Source: Eledone cirrhosa
Lineage: Eukaryota
DNA length: 64,000 bases
NCBI GenBank assembly: GCA_964016885.1
Contig: OZ024747.1
Span: 83,266,001-83,330,000 of the forward strand
Direction: 5' to 3'
Shown here: one piece after another, positions 1-14,923 of the stretch
How the letters are laid out: each line of letters opens with the position of its first letter
Numbering within the stretch: the first letter of the stretch is position 1
Notes under the pieces: generated by a model
Databases searched by the model: none
The model's input: only the letters and a program-made list of their open reading frames with translations
What the model was told of the DNA's origin: nothing
Translations under genes and position numbers: made by a program

Positions 1-33
1 TATACATATATATATATACATATACATACATGT

Positions 34-70
<37 letters not shown>

Positions 71-475
71 CATACATGTATACATATATATATATATACA
101 TATATATATACATATATACATATACATATATATATATACATATATACATATACATATATATATATACATATACACATACACATATATACATATACACATA
201 TATATATATATACATATACACATATATACATATATATACATATATATAAATACATATACACATATATACATATATATACATATATATGCATATATATATA
301 TATATATATACATATATATACATATATATAAATACATATATATACATATATATATATATATACATCTATATACATATATATATATATACATCTATATACA
401 TATATATATATATACATCTATATACATATATATATATACATATATATACATATATATATATATACATATATATAC

Positions 476-506
<31 letters not shown>

Positions 507-585
507 CATATATATACATATACATATATATACATATATATATATATACATATATATACATATATATATATATACATATATATAC

Positions 586-620
<35 letters not shown>

Positions 621-654
621 CATATATATACATATATATATATATACATATATA
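1..654. repeat. Degenerate (TA)n/(TACATA)n microsatellite
   Basis: TA dinucleotide with interspersed CA; overlapping ORFs are Y/I/H/T low-complexity artefacts. Confidence 0.97.
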
Positions 655-1922
655 TCATCATCATCATCATCATCATCATCACCGTTTTACGTCCGTTCTT
701 CCACGCTAGCATGGGTTAGACAGGTTGTCCTGTTGTGGGCAGTGTCTGGTCGGCTGACCATGCCTTGCTCATACAGGAACTGATCTGGCTTGATTTCTAC
801 AGCTGGATGCCCTTCCTAACACCAACCTCATTTACAGTGAGTGCTGGGTGCTTTTTCGTGGCGCCTACACGTCCACTTTACAGTGTGGGCTGGGTGCTTT
901 TTTGCCGTGGCACCTCCACGACCACCTTGCGGTGGGGGGGGGGGGGCATATTGTTTATATGCCTCAGCATGTACCCATGGGAGGTCGGGTACCCTGTATT
1001 ACTGCGTGACGCCAGAAGTCACGGTCGTGTGTCATTGACTTTGAGAGGTGTAGTTGGGTAAGGTCGGCTTTTATCACCTCATCCCAAGTCATCTTGGGTC
1101 TCCCCACTCCGCGGTTTCCATCAACTTCTAGTGCTCTGCACCTTTTTATGCAGCTGTCATCCTTCATACGCATCACATGTCCATACCAGCGTAACCGCCT
1201 CTCCTGCACGCAGCATTTGATTCCTCTTATGCTCAGTCTCTCTCTCAATTCATTTATGCTTTGTCGTTCACGTATATTACTGTTACACATCCATCGGAGC
1301 ATGCAAGCTTCGTTTCTCTCTAATCTACGTAAGTCTTCCACCTTCAGCGCCCAGGTCTCACTACCATGCAACATCGCTGTTCGGATACACGCATCATACA
1401 GTCTGCCTTTCATTCTGAGGGAGAAGCCTTTTGCAGCTAGCAGTGGTAGTAGTTCCCTAAACTTCTTCCATCCCGTTCTTACCCTAGTTATTGTACTTTC
1501 TGAGCACCCACCTCCTTTGCTAATTCGGTCACCTAGGTAGCAGAAGCTGTCTACTGTTTCTACAGGGCCCTCCCAGAGATTGGTGGTACTTGTTTCCTGT
1601 GGCTGTTTGCTTGCTGTTTCAGCACAGCTGCTGCATGTGAATCCTACATTCTTAATTAAGCTTCCTGAGATCCCGCTACATCTCTTGTGTACCCATTGTT
1701 TGCATTTGGGGCAAAGAATGGAGTTCCTACCTACACCTTTCCTACATACTGAGCAAGGCCATTTCCCTGAGGGGATCTGGGTTCTGTTTTCTCGTCTACT
1801 TATAAGGACCTTAGTCTTTGTCATGTTGACTTTGAGGCCCTTTCTCTCTAGTCCCTGCTTCCAGGTTTGGAATTTATTCTCTAGTTCTACCATAGATTCA
1901 GCTATGAGTGCGAGGTCATCAT
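655..1922 (-). mobile_element. 5'-truncated RTE-clade LINE (end of RT, Cys/His finger, C-terminus, 3'UTR, (GAT)n tail)
   Basis: ORF 964..2031(-) reads DDLALIAES...WPCSVC...CPKC...HKRC...[13 protein letters not shown]...GRPKMTW; (GAT)n tail at 655-681; (TA)n on both sides. Confidence 0.92.
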
Positions 1923-2437
1923 ATATACATATATATATACATATATATATATACATATATATATATGTATATACATATATATACGCATATACATATATAT
2001 ACGTATATACATATATTATACATATATACATATATTATACATATATACATATATATACATATCTATACATATCTATACATATATATACACATATATATAT
2101 ACATATATATACATATATATATACATATATATATACATATATATACAAATATATATACATATATATACAAATATATATACATATACATATATATATACAT
2201 ATATATATACATATATATACACATATATATACATATATATATAAATATATATACATATATATATACATATATATACATATATATACATATATATATACAT
2301 ATATATACATATATATATACATATAAATACACATATATATACACATATATACATATATATATACATATACATCTATATATACATATATATATACATATAC
2401 ACACATATATATACATATACATCTATATATACATATA
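1923..2437. repeat. Degenerate (TA)n/(TACA)n microsatellite
   Basis: Direct inspection. Confidence 0.95.
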
Positions 2438-2797
2438 ATACGGCGATCTTATCTTAAACCTTACATTCTCGCTAACAACCCATCATCCCTCCCTCCCGCC
2501 CCCACGCACCACCATTATTACGTGGACCAATCATAAGTCAGAGGCCCATACTATCGCTTAACTGGTTGCTTTTCGATATGATGGATGGACTACGGAATTC
2601 TGGAGAGTTGAAGAGAGAAAAATGTAGACGCTCAGCGACAATGCCAAAGATAAAGCCAAATTCACCTCGTGGACGAGAATGCAAGCACTCCTCCTTGTTT
2701 CGGCCCAGGATGGCTAACATAACCCCATCCCCCCCCCCCCCCCGCGCCCCACCGCTCCCACCCTCCAAACGCAATCCAAAACTTCAGAGTTGGTACC

Positions 2798-5700
2798 ATG
2801 AATGTAGGCACCTTAAAGGGTCGCTCTAACGAGGTTGTAGAAATGCTTGAACGTAAGGAGGTTGATGTTTGTTGTATTCAAGAGACCAGGTGGAGGGGAG
2901 GGTCGGCTAGATTCATCGTGGGTAAAGAACGATGCTATAAGCTTTTCTGGGTGGGAAATGACAATGGGTTGGGTGGGGTAGGAATCATGGTAGCAGAAAA
3001 GTGGGCAGATAAGATAATAGACGTAAATAGAGTGAACGACAGAATAATTAAAATAAGACTTGTCCTCAATAAAACTACGGTGACAGTAATATCTGCGTAC
3101 GCACCCCAATCCGGACTGCCCGGCGTTATAAAAGACAGATTCTACGAGACACTGATGCTCGCTACCTCCCAAATAACCGTCAGTGACTATATAGTTATTG
3201 CAGGCGACCTAAATGGTCACGTTGGACAACATTGTGACGGCTATGACGGAATCCATGGAGGCTATGGGTTCGGTACTAGAAATGAGGAAGGCTCCAGAAT
3301 CCTGGAATTCTGCGACGCAAATAACTTAACTATCTGTAACACTAACTTCAAAAAACGAGACAATCACTTGATCACCTATAGATCGGGGGAACACACAAGC
3401 CAGGTAGATTATATCCTTACCAGAAGACGTGACAGAGTGTCTGTTGTTAACACTAAATCCCACCCCCATGAAGAATTCACCTCCCAACATAGACTGATAA
3501 TTAGCGACCTCATAGTCAGGACGAGACGTACTAGACAGCGGAAGAGGACTATCTTCAGGAGAAAAATATGGAAGCTAAAGGACCCCATAGCCAGAAATAA
3601 ATTTCAAAGCATATTACTTGACGCTTTCGACAGTAAGGAAGAGCAATTAGAGTCGTATAATATAGAGGAACAGTGGGAATTCCTGAGAGCAAACCTGCTG
3701 ACGGCGGCAGACGAAGTCTGTGGCTGGAGCAGGCCTGTAGGTAGGAGGAGAGTAACATGGTGGTGGAACAGTAAGGTGGAGGAGTCAATTAAGGCCAAAA
3801 AGCAGGCTTGGAAAGTATGGCGGGATGGGGGAAGTAGAGAAGACTATCAAGTGGCCAGGAGGGAAGCTAGGAGACAAGTGTACTTCGCAAGAAGGGAAGC
3901 AGAGGAAAGAAAGTTCAAGCATGTTCTACAACGTGAGGACCAAAAACGTGAGGTGTTCAGGATTGCCAGGCAATGTGTCAAGGAAAACCGTGATATTGTC
4001 GGGGAGAAGTGTGTAATTAACGATGATGGCATACTTGCCATCACCGACGCTGATAAGAAGGTAGCTTGGAAGTGTCACTACGAAAGGCTTCTAAATGAGG
4101 AGAACAAATGGGAGAAAGACAGTCTCCCCCAGATCGATCCAATAGAGGGACCAGCAGTGTTAGTTGAAGGTAGTATAATAAGTAAGGCAATCAAAGATAT
4201 GAAGACGGGTAAGGCGGCTGGGCCTTCGGAAATAGTTGCTGAGATGCTGAAGGCATCTGGTTCGGTGGGACACACCATGGTCACCCGGATAGTTAACCAA
4301 GTCGTACAGAATGGGGTTGTTCCGAAGGACTGGCGTAGCAGCATCATCGTTAACTGCTATAAGGGAAAAGGAGATGCCCTAGATAGGAGTAACTATAGAG
4401 GCATTAAATTAATCGACCAGGTCATGAAGGTCACGGAAAAAGTAATAGCGCAACTAATCAGAGAGAGAATTGATCTAGATGAAATGCAGTTCGGGTTTGT
4501 GTCAGGCAAAAGTACCACAGACGCTCTTTTCATTGTACGACAACTACAGGAGAAGTACCTAGCTAAAAGTAAACCCCTATACTTAGCTTTCGTCGACTTG
4601 GAGAAAGCCTTCGACAGAGTCCCCCGTTCCATTATCTGGTGGTCTCTTAGAAAACTAGGTGTTGACGAATGGCTTGTGAGAGCTATACAAGCCATGTATA
4701 AAGAAACAGTCAGTAAGGTTAGAATTAACAACGAATATAGTGAAGAGTTTAGCGTAAAAGTTGGTGTCCATCAGGGCTCTGTTCTTAGCCCCCTACTATT
4801 TATTATTGCCCTTCAGGCTATAACAGAGGAGTTCAAGACCGGCTGCCCATGGGAACTCCTATACGCAGATGATCTAACGCTCATAGCTGAATCAATGACC
4901 GAACTAGAGAAGAAATTCCAAACATGGAAGCACGGCCTAGAATCAAAAGGCCTTAAAATTAACCTGGCTAAGACAAAAGTTCTAGTTTGTAGGAAAGAAA
5001 ATATGGCGGCAGTCCCATCTGGGAAATGGCCATGCTGAGTGTGTAGGAAAGGCGTAGGTAGAAACTCCATTTTATGTCCCAAATGCAAAGTATGGGTGCA
5101 TAAAAGATGTAGTGGGATCACAGGTAAGCTAACTAAGAACATAGATTTTACATGTGGCCGGTGCTCTGGTGCAATAAGTAGCAGCAAGTGCCCACAAAAT
5201 ACTAGCTCCTTCAACTGCGCAGAGGGTTCTATAGAAATAGTGGACAGCTTCCATTACCTGGGTGACAAAATCAGCAGTGGGGGAGGGTGCTCTGAAAGTA
5301 CAGTAGCTAGAGTCAGAACTGGATGGAAAAAGTTCAGAGAGCTTATACCACTATTAGCCGCTAGAGGGTTCTCCCTAAAAATGAAAGGCAGGTTATACGA
5401 TGCCTGCATACGAACAGCAATGCTGCATGGCAGTGAGACCTGGGCATTGTGTGCAGAGGATATACGCAGACTAGAGAGGAACGAAGCTTGCATGCTCCGC
5501 TGGATGTGCAATAGTAATATACGTGAACGGCAAAGCATAAACGAACTAAGGAAAAAATTAGAAATAAGAGGGATCAGATGTTGTTTACTCGAGAGAAGGC
5601 TACGTTGGTACGGTCACGTGATGCGCATGAAAGACGACAGCTGTATAACAAAGTGCAGGGCAATAAAGATAGACGGTAGCCACGGAGTAGGCAGACCCAG

Positions 5701-5818
5701 AAAAACATGGGACGAGCTGATAAATTCCGACCTCACACGCTTAGACCTCTCCAAGACAATGTCACTGGACCGAGACCTTTGGCGGTACTCAGTAACAGAG
5801 AAGACCCGCCTTACTTAA
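2798..5818 (+). pseudogene. RTE ORF (APE endonuclease + reverse transcriptase + Cys/His finger) interrupted by one in-frame TGA at 5036-5038
   Basis: APE motifs GTMNVGTL, IQETRW, SAYAPQ, AGDLNGHVG, QVDYIL, SQHRL; RT motifs [27 protein letters not shown]; ORFs 2798..5038 and 5039..5818 share a frame; paralogues have TCA/TCG (Ser) at the stop. Confidence 0.92.
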
Positions 5819-5992
5819 ATACAAAGTAAAAACCTACTACAGTCAGTAGGCATCTCTATCAAAACACACCCCCCGTCCCACCACCTCCACCCCATCCACA
5901 CCGCCCCTTTCAATGTACAGTTATGTTGGTCCCACAACATCCAGGCCGAAACAAATGAGATCGTGTAGGTGTCACGAGAAAAAAAAAAACAC

Positions 5993-6224
5993 ACAGTCCA
6001 CGCTGTAAATGTGGCCGTGTAGGCAACACGGTAAAAACCTCCCAGCCCCACACTGTAAATGTGGTTGGTGTTAGGAAGGGCATCCAGCTGTAGAAAACCC
6101 GCCAGACAGTCCACGCTGTAATGTGGCCATGTAGGCAACACGGTAAAAACCTCCCAGCCCCACACTGTAAATGTGGTTGGTGTTAGGAAGGGCATCCAAC
6201 TGTAGAAAACCCGCCAGACAGTCC
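5993..6224 (+). repeat. ~113-bp tandem duplication in the RTE 3'UTR
   Basis: acagtcc... begins at 5993, 6106 and 6218; the RTE at 7634-9115 has a single unit. Confidence 0.88.
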
Positions 6225-6321
6225 TATGCGAGCAAGACAACCACTCTTGCCTCAAGTGGGAAAACCCCCGTCCAAACCCATGCAAGCGTGGAACACGGAC
6301 GCTAAACCTGATGATGATGAT

Positions 6322-6439
6322 ATACATATATACACATATATACACATATATACATATATATACATATATACACATATATACATATATATACATATATATA
6401 TATACATATATACATATATATACATATACATATATATAC

Positions 6440-6487
<48 letters not shown>

Positions 6488-6539
6488 ATATATATATACA
6501 TATATATACATATATATATATATACATATATATATATAC

Positions 6540-6570
<31 letters not shown>

Positions 6571-6579
6571 CATATATAC

Positions 6580-6626
<47 letters not shown>

Positions 6627-6635
6627 CATATATAC

Positions 6636-6672
<37 letters not shown>

Positions 6673-6691
6673 CATATATATACATATATAC

Positions 6692-6722
<31 letters not shown>

Positions 6723-6723
6723 C

Positions 6724-6770
<47 letters not shown>

Positions 6771-6771
6771 C

Positions 6772-6838
<67 letters not shown>

Positions 6839-6853
6839 CATATATATATATAC

Positions 6854-6916
<63 letters not shown>

Positions 6917-7029
6917 CATATATATATATACATATATATATATACATATATATATATACATATATATATATACATATATATATATACATATATATATATA
7001 CATATATATATATACATATATATATATAC

Positions 7030-7080
<51 letters not shown>

Positions 7081-7109
7081 TACATATATATATACATATA
7101 TATATATAC

Positions 7110-7146
<37 letters not shown>

Positions 7147-7183
7147 CATATATACATATATATATATATAAACATATATATAC

Positions 7184-7276
<93 letters not shown>

Positions 7277-7285
7277 CATGTATAC

Positions 7286-7327
<42 letters not shown>

Positions 7328-7485
7328 ACATATATATACATATATATATATATACATATATATACATATATATATATATATATACATATATATACATATA
7401 TACATATATATATATACATGTATACATATATATACATATATATATATATACATATATACATATATATACATATATATATATATAC

Positions 7486-7536
<51 letters not shown>

Positions 7537-7563
7537 CATATATATATACATATATATATACAC

Positions 7564-7609
<46 letters not shown>

Positions 7610-7633
7610 ACATATATATATATATATATACAT
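6322..7633. repeat. Degenerate (TA)n/(TACA)n microsatellite
   Basis: Direct inspection. Confidence 0.95.
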
Positions 7634-9115
7634 ATGGCTTGTGAGGGCTATACAAGCCATGTATAAAGAAACAGTCAGCAAGGTTAGAATTAACAACGAA
7701 TATAGTGAAGAGTTTAGCGTAAAAGTTGGCGTCCATCAGGGCTCTGTTCTCAGCCCCCTACTATTTATTATTGCCCTTCAGGCTATAACAGAGGAGTTCA
7801 AGACAGGCTGCCCATGGGAACTCCTATACGCAGACGACCTGACACTCATAGCGGAATCAATGGTCGAGCTAGAGAAGAAATTCCAAACATGGAAGCACGG
7901 CCTAGAGTCAAAAGGACTTAAAATTAACCTGGCTAAGACCAAAGTTCTAGTTTGTAGGAAAGAAAACAAGGCGGCGGTCCCTTCTGGGAAATGGTCGTGC
8001 TCGGTGTGTAGGAAAGGCGTAGGTAGAAACTCCATTTTATGTCCTAAATGCAAAGTATGGGTGCATAAAAGATGTAGTGGGATCACAGGTAAGCTAACTA
8101 AGAACATAGATTTTACATGTGGCCGGTGTTCTGGTGCAATAAGTAGCAGCAAGTGCCCACAAAATACTAGCTCTTTCAATTGCGCAGAGGGTTCTATAGA
8201 AATAGTGGACAGCTTCCGTTACCTGGGCGATAAAATCAGCAGTGGGGGAGGGTGCTCTGAAAGTACTGTAGCTAGAGTCAGAACTGGTTGGAAAAAGTTC
8301 AGAGAGCTTATACCACTATTAGCTGCTAAAGGGTTCTCCCTAAAAATGAAAGGCAGGTTGTACGATGCCTGCATACGAACAGCAATGTTGCATGGCAGTG
8401 AGACCTGGGCATTGTGTGCAGAGGATATACGCAGACTAGAGAGTAACGAAGCTTGCATGCTCCGCTGGATGTGTAACAGTAATATACGTGAACGGCAAAG
8501 CATAAACGAACTAAGGAAAAAATTAGAGATAAGAGGGATCAGATGTTGTTTACTCGAGAGAAGGCTACGTTGGTATGGACACGTGATGCGCATGAAAGTC
8601 GATAGCTGTATAACGAAGTGCAGGGCAATAAAGATAGACGGTAGCCACGGAATAGGCAGACCTAGAAAAACCTGGGACGAGCTGATAAACTCCGACCTCA
8701 CACACTTACACCTCTCCAAGACAATGTCACTGGACCGAGACCTTTGGCGGTACTCAGTAACAGAGAAGACCCGCCTTGCCAGTAGGCATCTCTAACAAAA
8801 TATACCCCGTCCTATGTAAAGTTATGTTGGTGCCGCGCCATCCAGGCCGAAACAAATGAGATCGTGTAGGTGTCACGACAAAAAAACACACAGTCCACGC
8901 TGTAATGTGGCCGTGTAGGCAACACGGTAAAAACCTCCCAGACCCACACTGTAAATGTGGTTGGTGTTAGGAAGGGCATCCAACTGTAGAAAACCTGCCA
9001 GACAGTCCTATGCGAGCAAGACAATCACTCTTGCCTCAAGTGGGACTACCCCCGTCCAAACCCATGCAAGCGTGGAACACGGACGTTAAACGTTGATGAT
9101 GATGATGATGATGAT
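7634..9115 (+). mobile_element. 5'-truncated RTE LINE, closely related to 2438-6321
   Basis: Open frame 7635..8795 ([10 protein letters not shown]...YADD...TRLASRHL*); (GAT)7 tail at 9095-9115; AT microhomology at the 5' junction. Confidence 0.94.
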
Positions 9116-10603
<1,488 letters not shown>

Positions 10604-10647
10604 TACAATATTAAATAAATGGAAAACTATATTTATAAAACCATATT

Positions 10648-10713
10648 TATTTCATTATATATATTTCGGGGATATCATATTAACAATATGCTATGCCTTC
10701 ATCAGACAAAATA
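10648..10713 (-). ncRNA. Minimal type I hammerhead-like motif at the PLE 3' end (sense to the ORF)
   Basis: Mirror image of 14858-14923: UAUUUUGU-CUGAUGA-stem II-GAAA-UAUAUA-UA-AUGAAAUA. Confidence 0.7.
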
Positions 10714-11076
10714 CAATATAAACAGTTTTATAGATAAATATATTCGACATACCGTAATAAACATCAACTTCATTTGAAGAGGTTCACTCTAGCAGTGAAA
10801 ATACAGAGAGAAAGAAAGAGAGAGAGAAAAGAGGGAAATAAGAAAGAAAGAAAGACGAAACGAAGAAAAGGAAGAAAAAGAAGAAAAAGAAGAAATGCAT
10901 GGGACAAAATAGAGAGATGGAAAAATAGATAAAGCGAAGAGCTTCATGTAAAGAGACCGAAAGAGATATATATATATATATAGAGAGAGGAAATAGAGAT
11001 AGATACATATATAAATATAGATATAGAAAAATTAGGTAGTGGGAGGTCATTTTGAGTAAGTGTATCAATGATGCAT

Positions 11077-11111
<35 letters not shown>

Positions 11112-11949
11112 GCTCAAGTATTAATGTAAGGGAGATATAGAGAGATATAGAGAGATATAGAGAGAGAAAAATTTAAAAATAGCCAGACATATTCGAGGCG
11201 TAGAAAACCCTATGTTTTAATGTATTAGTATTTATAAAACTTACACTATATTGTAAATATCAGTATTCCTGAATGAAACAAGTATTCACAATGCGTGGAA
11301 ATTCATTATCTTATGTTTAGTTTTTTAAAAAATTCATATGTCTATGTGAATCCAACTGATTCACTCCGCAAATTCAAAGTTACCGGAAAACATTCTCAAT
11401 GTGGTATAAACATTTGAGCGTATTATTATTCTTGCGATTACTCTACAAGATTATCTATCAAGCAGAAATAGAGAGCAGATTTCAATATACTAATCGAAAA
11501 TATATATTATATTATAAGCAGAGATAACAATAATAATGATAATAAGTAAAAATATATAAAAATATAAAAATATAGAATAGAAAACTAAAAAAGAATATTA
11601 CGAAAGAATATTACATAATAAAAATATTGCATATTAAAAATACTATGTTTTAAAATTATTACGTATTAAAACTTTACATATAAAAATATTAAAAATAAAA
11701 ATAAAATAAAATAAAAAATAAAAAATAAAAATATAAAAATATTATAGAATACTACAATACTAAAAGAATAAAAATAAAAATAAAAATAAAAATAAAAATA
11801 AAAATAAAAATAAAAATAAAAATAAAAATAAAAATAAAAAATAAACCACAAAGAACAACCTTTCAAGGTTAATTGACAATATATTGCCAAGTTCACTACA
11901 AGACAAAGCCAAAAAATTATCTATCAAATCACATCTAGCAAGGAATATC

Positions 11950-11998
<49 letters not shown>

Positions 11999-12251
11999 TT
12001 ATGATGTCCAATAATGTCTACATATGTTCCTATATTTAATATATAAGTGTAAGGTTAATTCATAAAATTTGGAGCATCGGCTTTTAGGGTAGCTTAATTT
12101 TTCATGAGGAATGTTTAGATAAAAATAAAAATAAAAAATAAAAATAAAAATAAATACAATAAAATAAACAGTAAAAAGAGGGAATCAAAGATTTAGGAAT
12201 CAAAAGATTTATCGGCTAGTTCTCATATAAATATAAATCAAACTAAATATA

Positions 12252-13603
12252 CTACATTTTAAATTTAAATTTATATTTAAACGTTGAGTTTAATCTATGT
12301 TTGCAACAACTGAATAAATTTGTCCGTAGGTTAAGGGAATTTTTAGATTTTAGTATAAAGAATATCTCCTCTGCGCAGAGGTCACATGTCTCAGAGGATG
12401 AATTAAAAGGAATCCCTCTTGAGACTATATTCCAAGCCGTCGAATATCTAACGTTATCTAGCTTAAGTTGCCAGAGTACACCTGATAGTGCCGTTGAAGA
12501 TTTTTTATTTGGATCTGTGAAAGAATTCTTGTGGTTATTATAGCGAAGTTTAAATTCCGTCGATGTGGAACCGACGTAGTTAAAAGAATTAGAGTCAGTA
12601 TTAACATTACAATTGTATACTATATTTTTAACTAAGCAGTTGTTATTTAACGGACATTTAGATCTATCTCTACAGTTGCATTTGTTAACTTGTATATTAT
12701 TTATGCTATTATCAGTAGTTTTTAAGTTCCTATTATTTATTCTATTAATATTTTGTGCTAAATTTTTGGTGGATGAATAGGTTAATTTAATTGTATGCCT
12801 ATTGAAGATTGAGTGGTACCTATGTGTTCTAGGGAAGCGATTATCAAGAGCTTTGAAAAATAATTTAGCGATGTGGGTTTTAATGTTTAGTGAGAAAGGG
12901 GGGGCAAACCAAATTATGTTCCTAGTTCTATTTCTTTTTTGTCCTTTGGAATTATTGTAATGCTTTCTATTATAGTTGTTAATGTTGTTGCCATAATTAA
13001 AAAAGTTGTTACTTTGTTTAGTTTGTTTATCATTATCTATGTACACAATCTTATCAGCATACCCTGCCCTAGCTAGTGCATCATTATAGTATTGGGCCTT
13101 TTCGTCAAAAATCTTTCTATTCGACGAGATCCTAGAGATACGCTTTTGGACTGAGTTTACTATAGTGTTTTTGACAGATCTGGGGTGGTTAGAGTTAAAG
13201 TTGACATAGTTTAAGTTTTCATTCAACTTGTGAAAAGGATAGTGGAGACATGCGTTGAGATTTAATGTTATATCTAGGAAATTGACTATTCTATGGTTGT
13301 TCTCAATTTCTATTTTAAGGTTAAAGTAATTAAAAAATTTTGTAATTTGTTTACATTTTCTATTTAGTTCAGGGTTATTATTATTAATGAGTAAAAGCAT
13401 GTCATCCCTATATAAACCTCCGGTAGTACCAGGTATTTTCCTATGTAGCGAATTGATTAAAAATAAGCCCACAAGGTCAGTTACTTGAGCTGAGTCGGAA
13501 GATCCCATAGTTATGTCAAAATTGCCATCTCTATCTGCTCTGGTCCATAATTTGTCATCAAATTCTATCAAAGTTTTCCTAGCCGATAATATAATATGCA
13601 TTT
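12252..13603 (-). CDS. PLE polyprotein fragment: RT (motifs B'-E), CxCx5Cx5C linker, GIY-YIG endonuclease; probably Hydra clade
   Basis: FDITMGSSDSAQ, GGLYRDD, VNFLDITL, CNCRDRSKCPLNNNC, IVY...YVGST...KLRYNNH, CDLCAEE; RT motif A is absent, and the called N-terminus (13604-13688) comes from the inverted arm. Confidence 0.88.
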
Positions 13604-14459
13604 CTTTTTTTTTTTTTTTTGCGATATTCCTTGCTAGATGTGATTTGATAGATAATTTTTTGGCTTTGTCTTGTAGTGAACTTGGCAATATATTGTCAAT
13701 TAACCTTGAAAGGTTGTTCTTTGTGGTTTATTTTTTATTTTTATTTTTATTTTTATTTTTATTTTTATTTTTATTTTTATTTTTATTTTTATTTTTATTT
13801 TTATTCTTTTAGTATTGTAGTATTCTATAATATTTTTATATTTTTATTTTTTATTTTTTATTTTATTTTATTTTTATTTTTAATATTTTTATATGTAAAG
13901 TTTTAATACGTAATAATTTTAAAACATAGTATTTTTAATATGCAATATTTTTATTATGTAATATTCTTTCGTAATATTCTTTTTTAGTTTTCTATTCTAT
14001 ATTTTTATATTTTTATATATTTTTACTTATTATCATTATTATTGTTATCTCTGCTTATAATATAATATATATTTTCGATTAGTATATTGAAATCTGCTCT
14101 CTATTTCTGCTTGATAGATAATCTTGTAGAGTAATCGCAAGAATAATAATACGCTCAAATGTTTATACCACATTGAGAATGTTTTCCGGTAACTTTGAAT
14201 TTGCGGAGTGAATCAGTTGGATTCACATAGACATATGAATTTTTTAAAAACTAAACATAAGATAATGAATTTCCACGCATTGTGAATACTTGTTTCATTC
14301 AGGAATACTGATATTTACAATATAGTGTAAGTTTTATAAATACTAATACATTAAAACATAGGGTTTTCTACGCCTCGAATATGTCTGGCTATTTTTAAAT
14401 TTTTCTCTCTCTATATCTCTCTATATCTCTCTATATCTCCCTTACATTAATACTTGAGC

Positions 14460-14494
<35 letters not shown>

Positions 14495-14857
14495 ATGCAT
14501 CATTGATACACTTACTCAAAATGACCTCCCACTACCTAATTTTTCTATATCTATATTTATATATGTATCTATCTCTATTTCCTCTCTCTATATATATATA
14601 TATATCTCTTTCGGTCTCTTTACATGAAGCTCTTCGCTTTATCTATTTTTCCATCTCTCTATTTTGTCCCATGCATTTCTTCTTTTTCTTCTTTTTCTTC
14701 CTTTTCTTCGTTTCGTCTTTCTTTCTTTCTTATTTCCCTCTTTTCTCTCTCTCTTTCTTTCTCTCTGTATTTTCACTGCTAGAGTGAACCTCTTCAAATG
14801 AAGTTGATGTTTATTACGGTATGTCGAATATATTTATCTATAAAACTGTTTATATTG

Positions 14858-14923
14858 TATTTTGTCTGATGAAGGCATAGCATATTGTTAATATGATATC
14901 CCCGAAATATATATAATGAAATA
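14858..14923 (+). ncRNA. Minimal type I hammerhead-like motif in the inverted PLE arm
   Basis: CTGATGA 14866-72; stem II gg/cc, ata/tat, catatt/aatatg; GAAA 14904-07; palindromic TATATA; UA site; 8-bp stem I tattttgt/atgaaata with two G.U pairs. Confidence 0.7.

Larger units (their letters stand above)
2438..6321 (+). mobile_element. Near full-length RTE-clade LINE (~3.9 kb)
   Basis: 5' leader, single APE-RT ORF, 3'UTR and (GAT)4 tail at 6310-6321; flanked by (TA)n. Confidence 0.95.

Noticed and set aside
5036-5038. In-frame TGA as selenocysteine or programmed readthrough
   Set aside because: It aligns to Ser (TCA/TCG) in paralogues, not Cys; a single C>G change explains it; the second occurrence is the duplicated copy of the same locus
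1094-8719. Antisense ORFs over RTE copies (e.g. 1094..1540, 4813..5214, 8219..8719)
   Set aside because: Shadow frames of the RT ORF with inconsistent boundaries between copies
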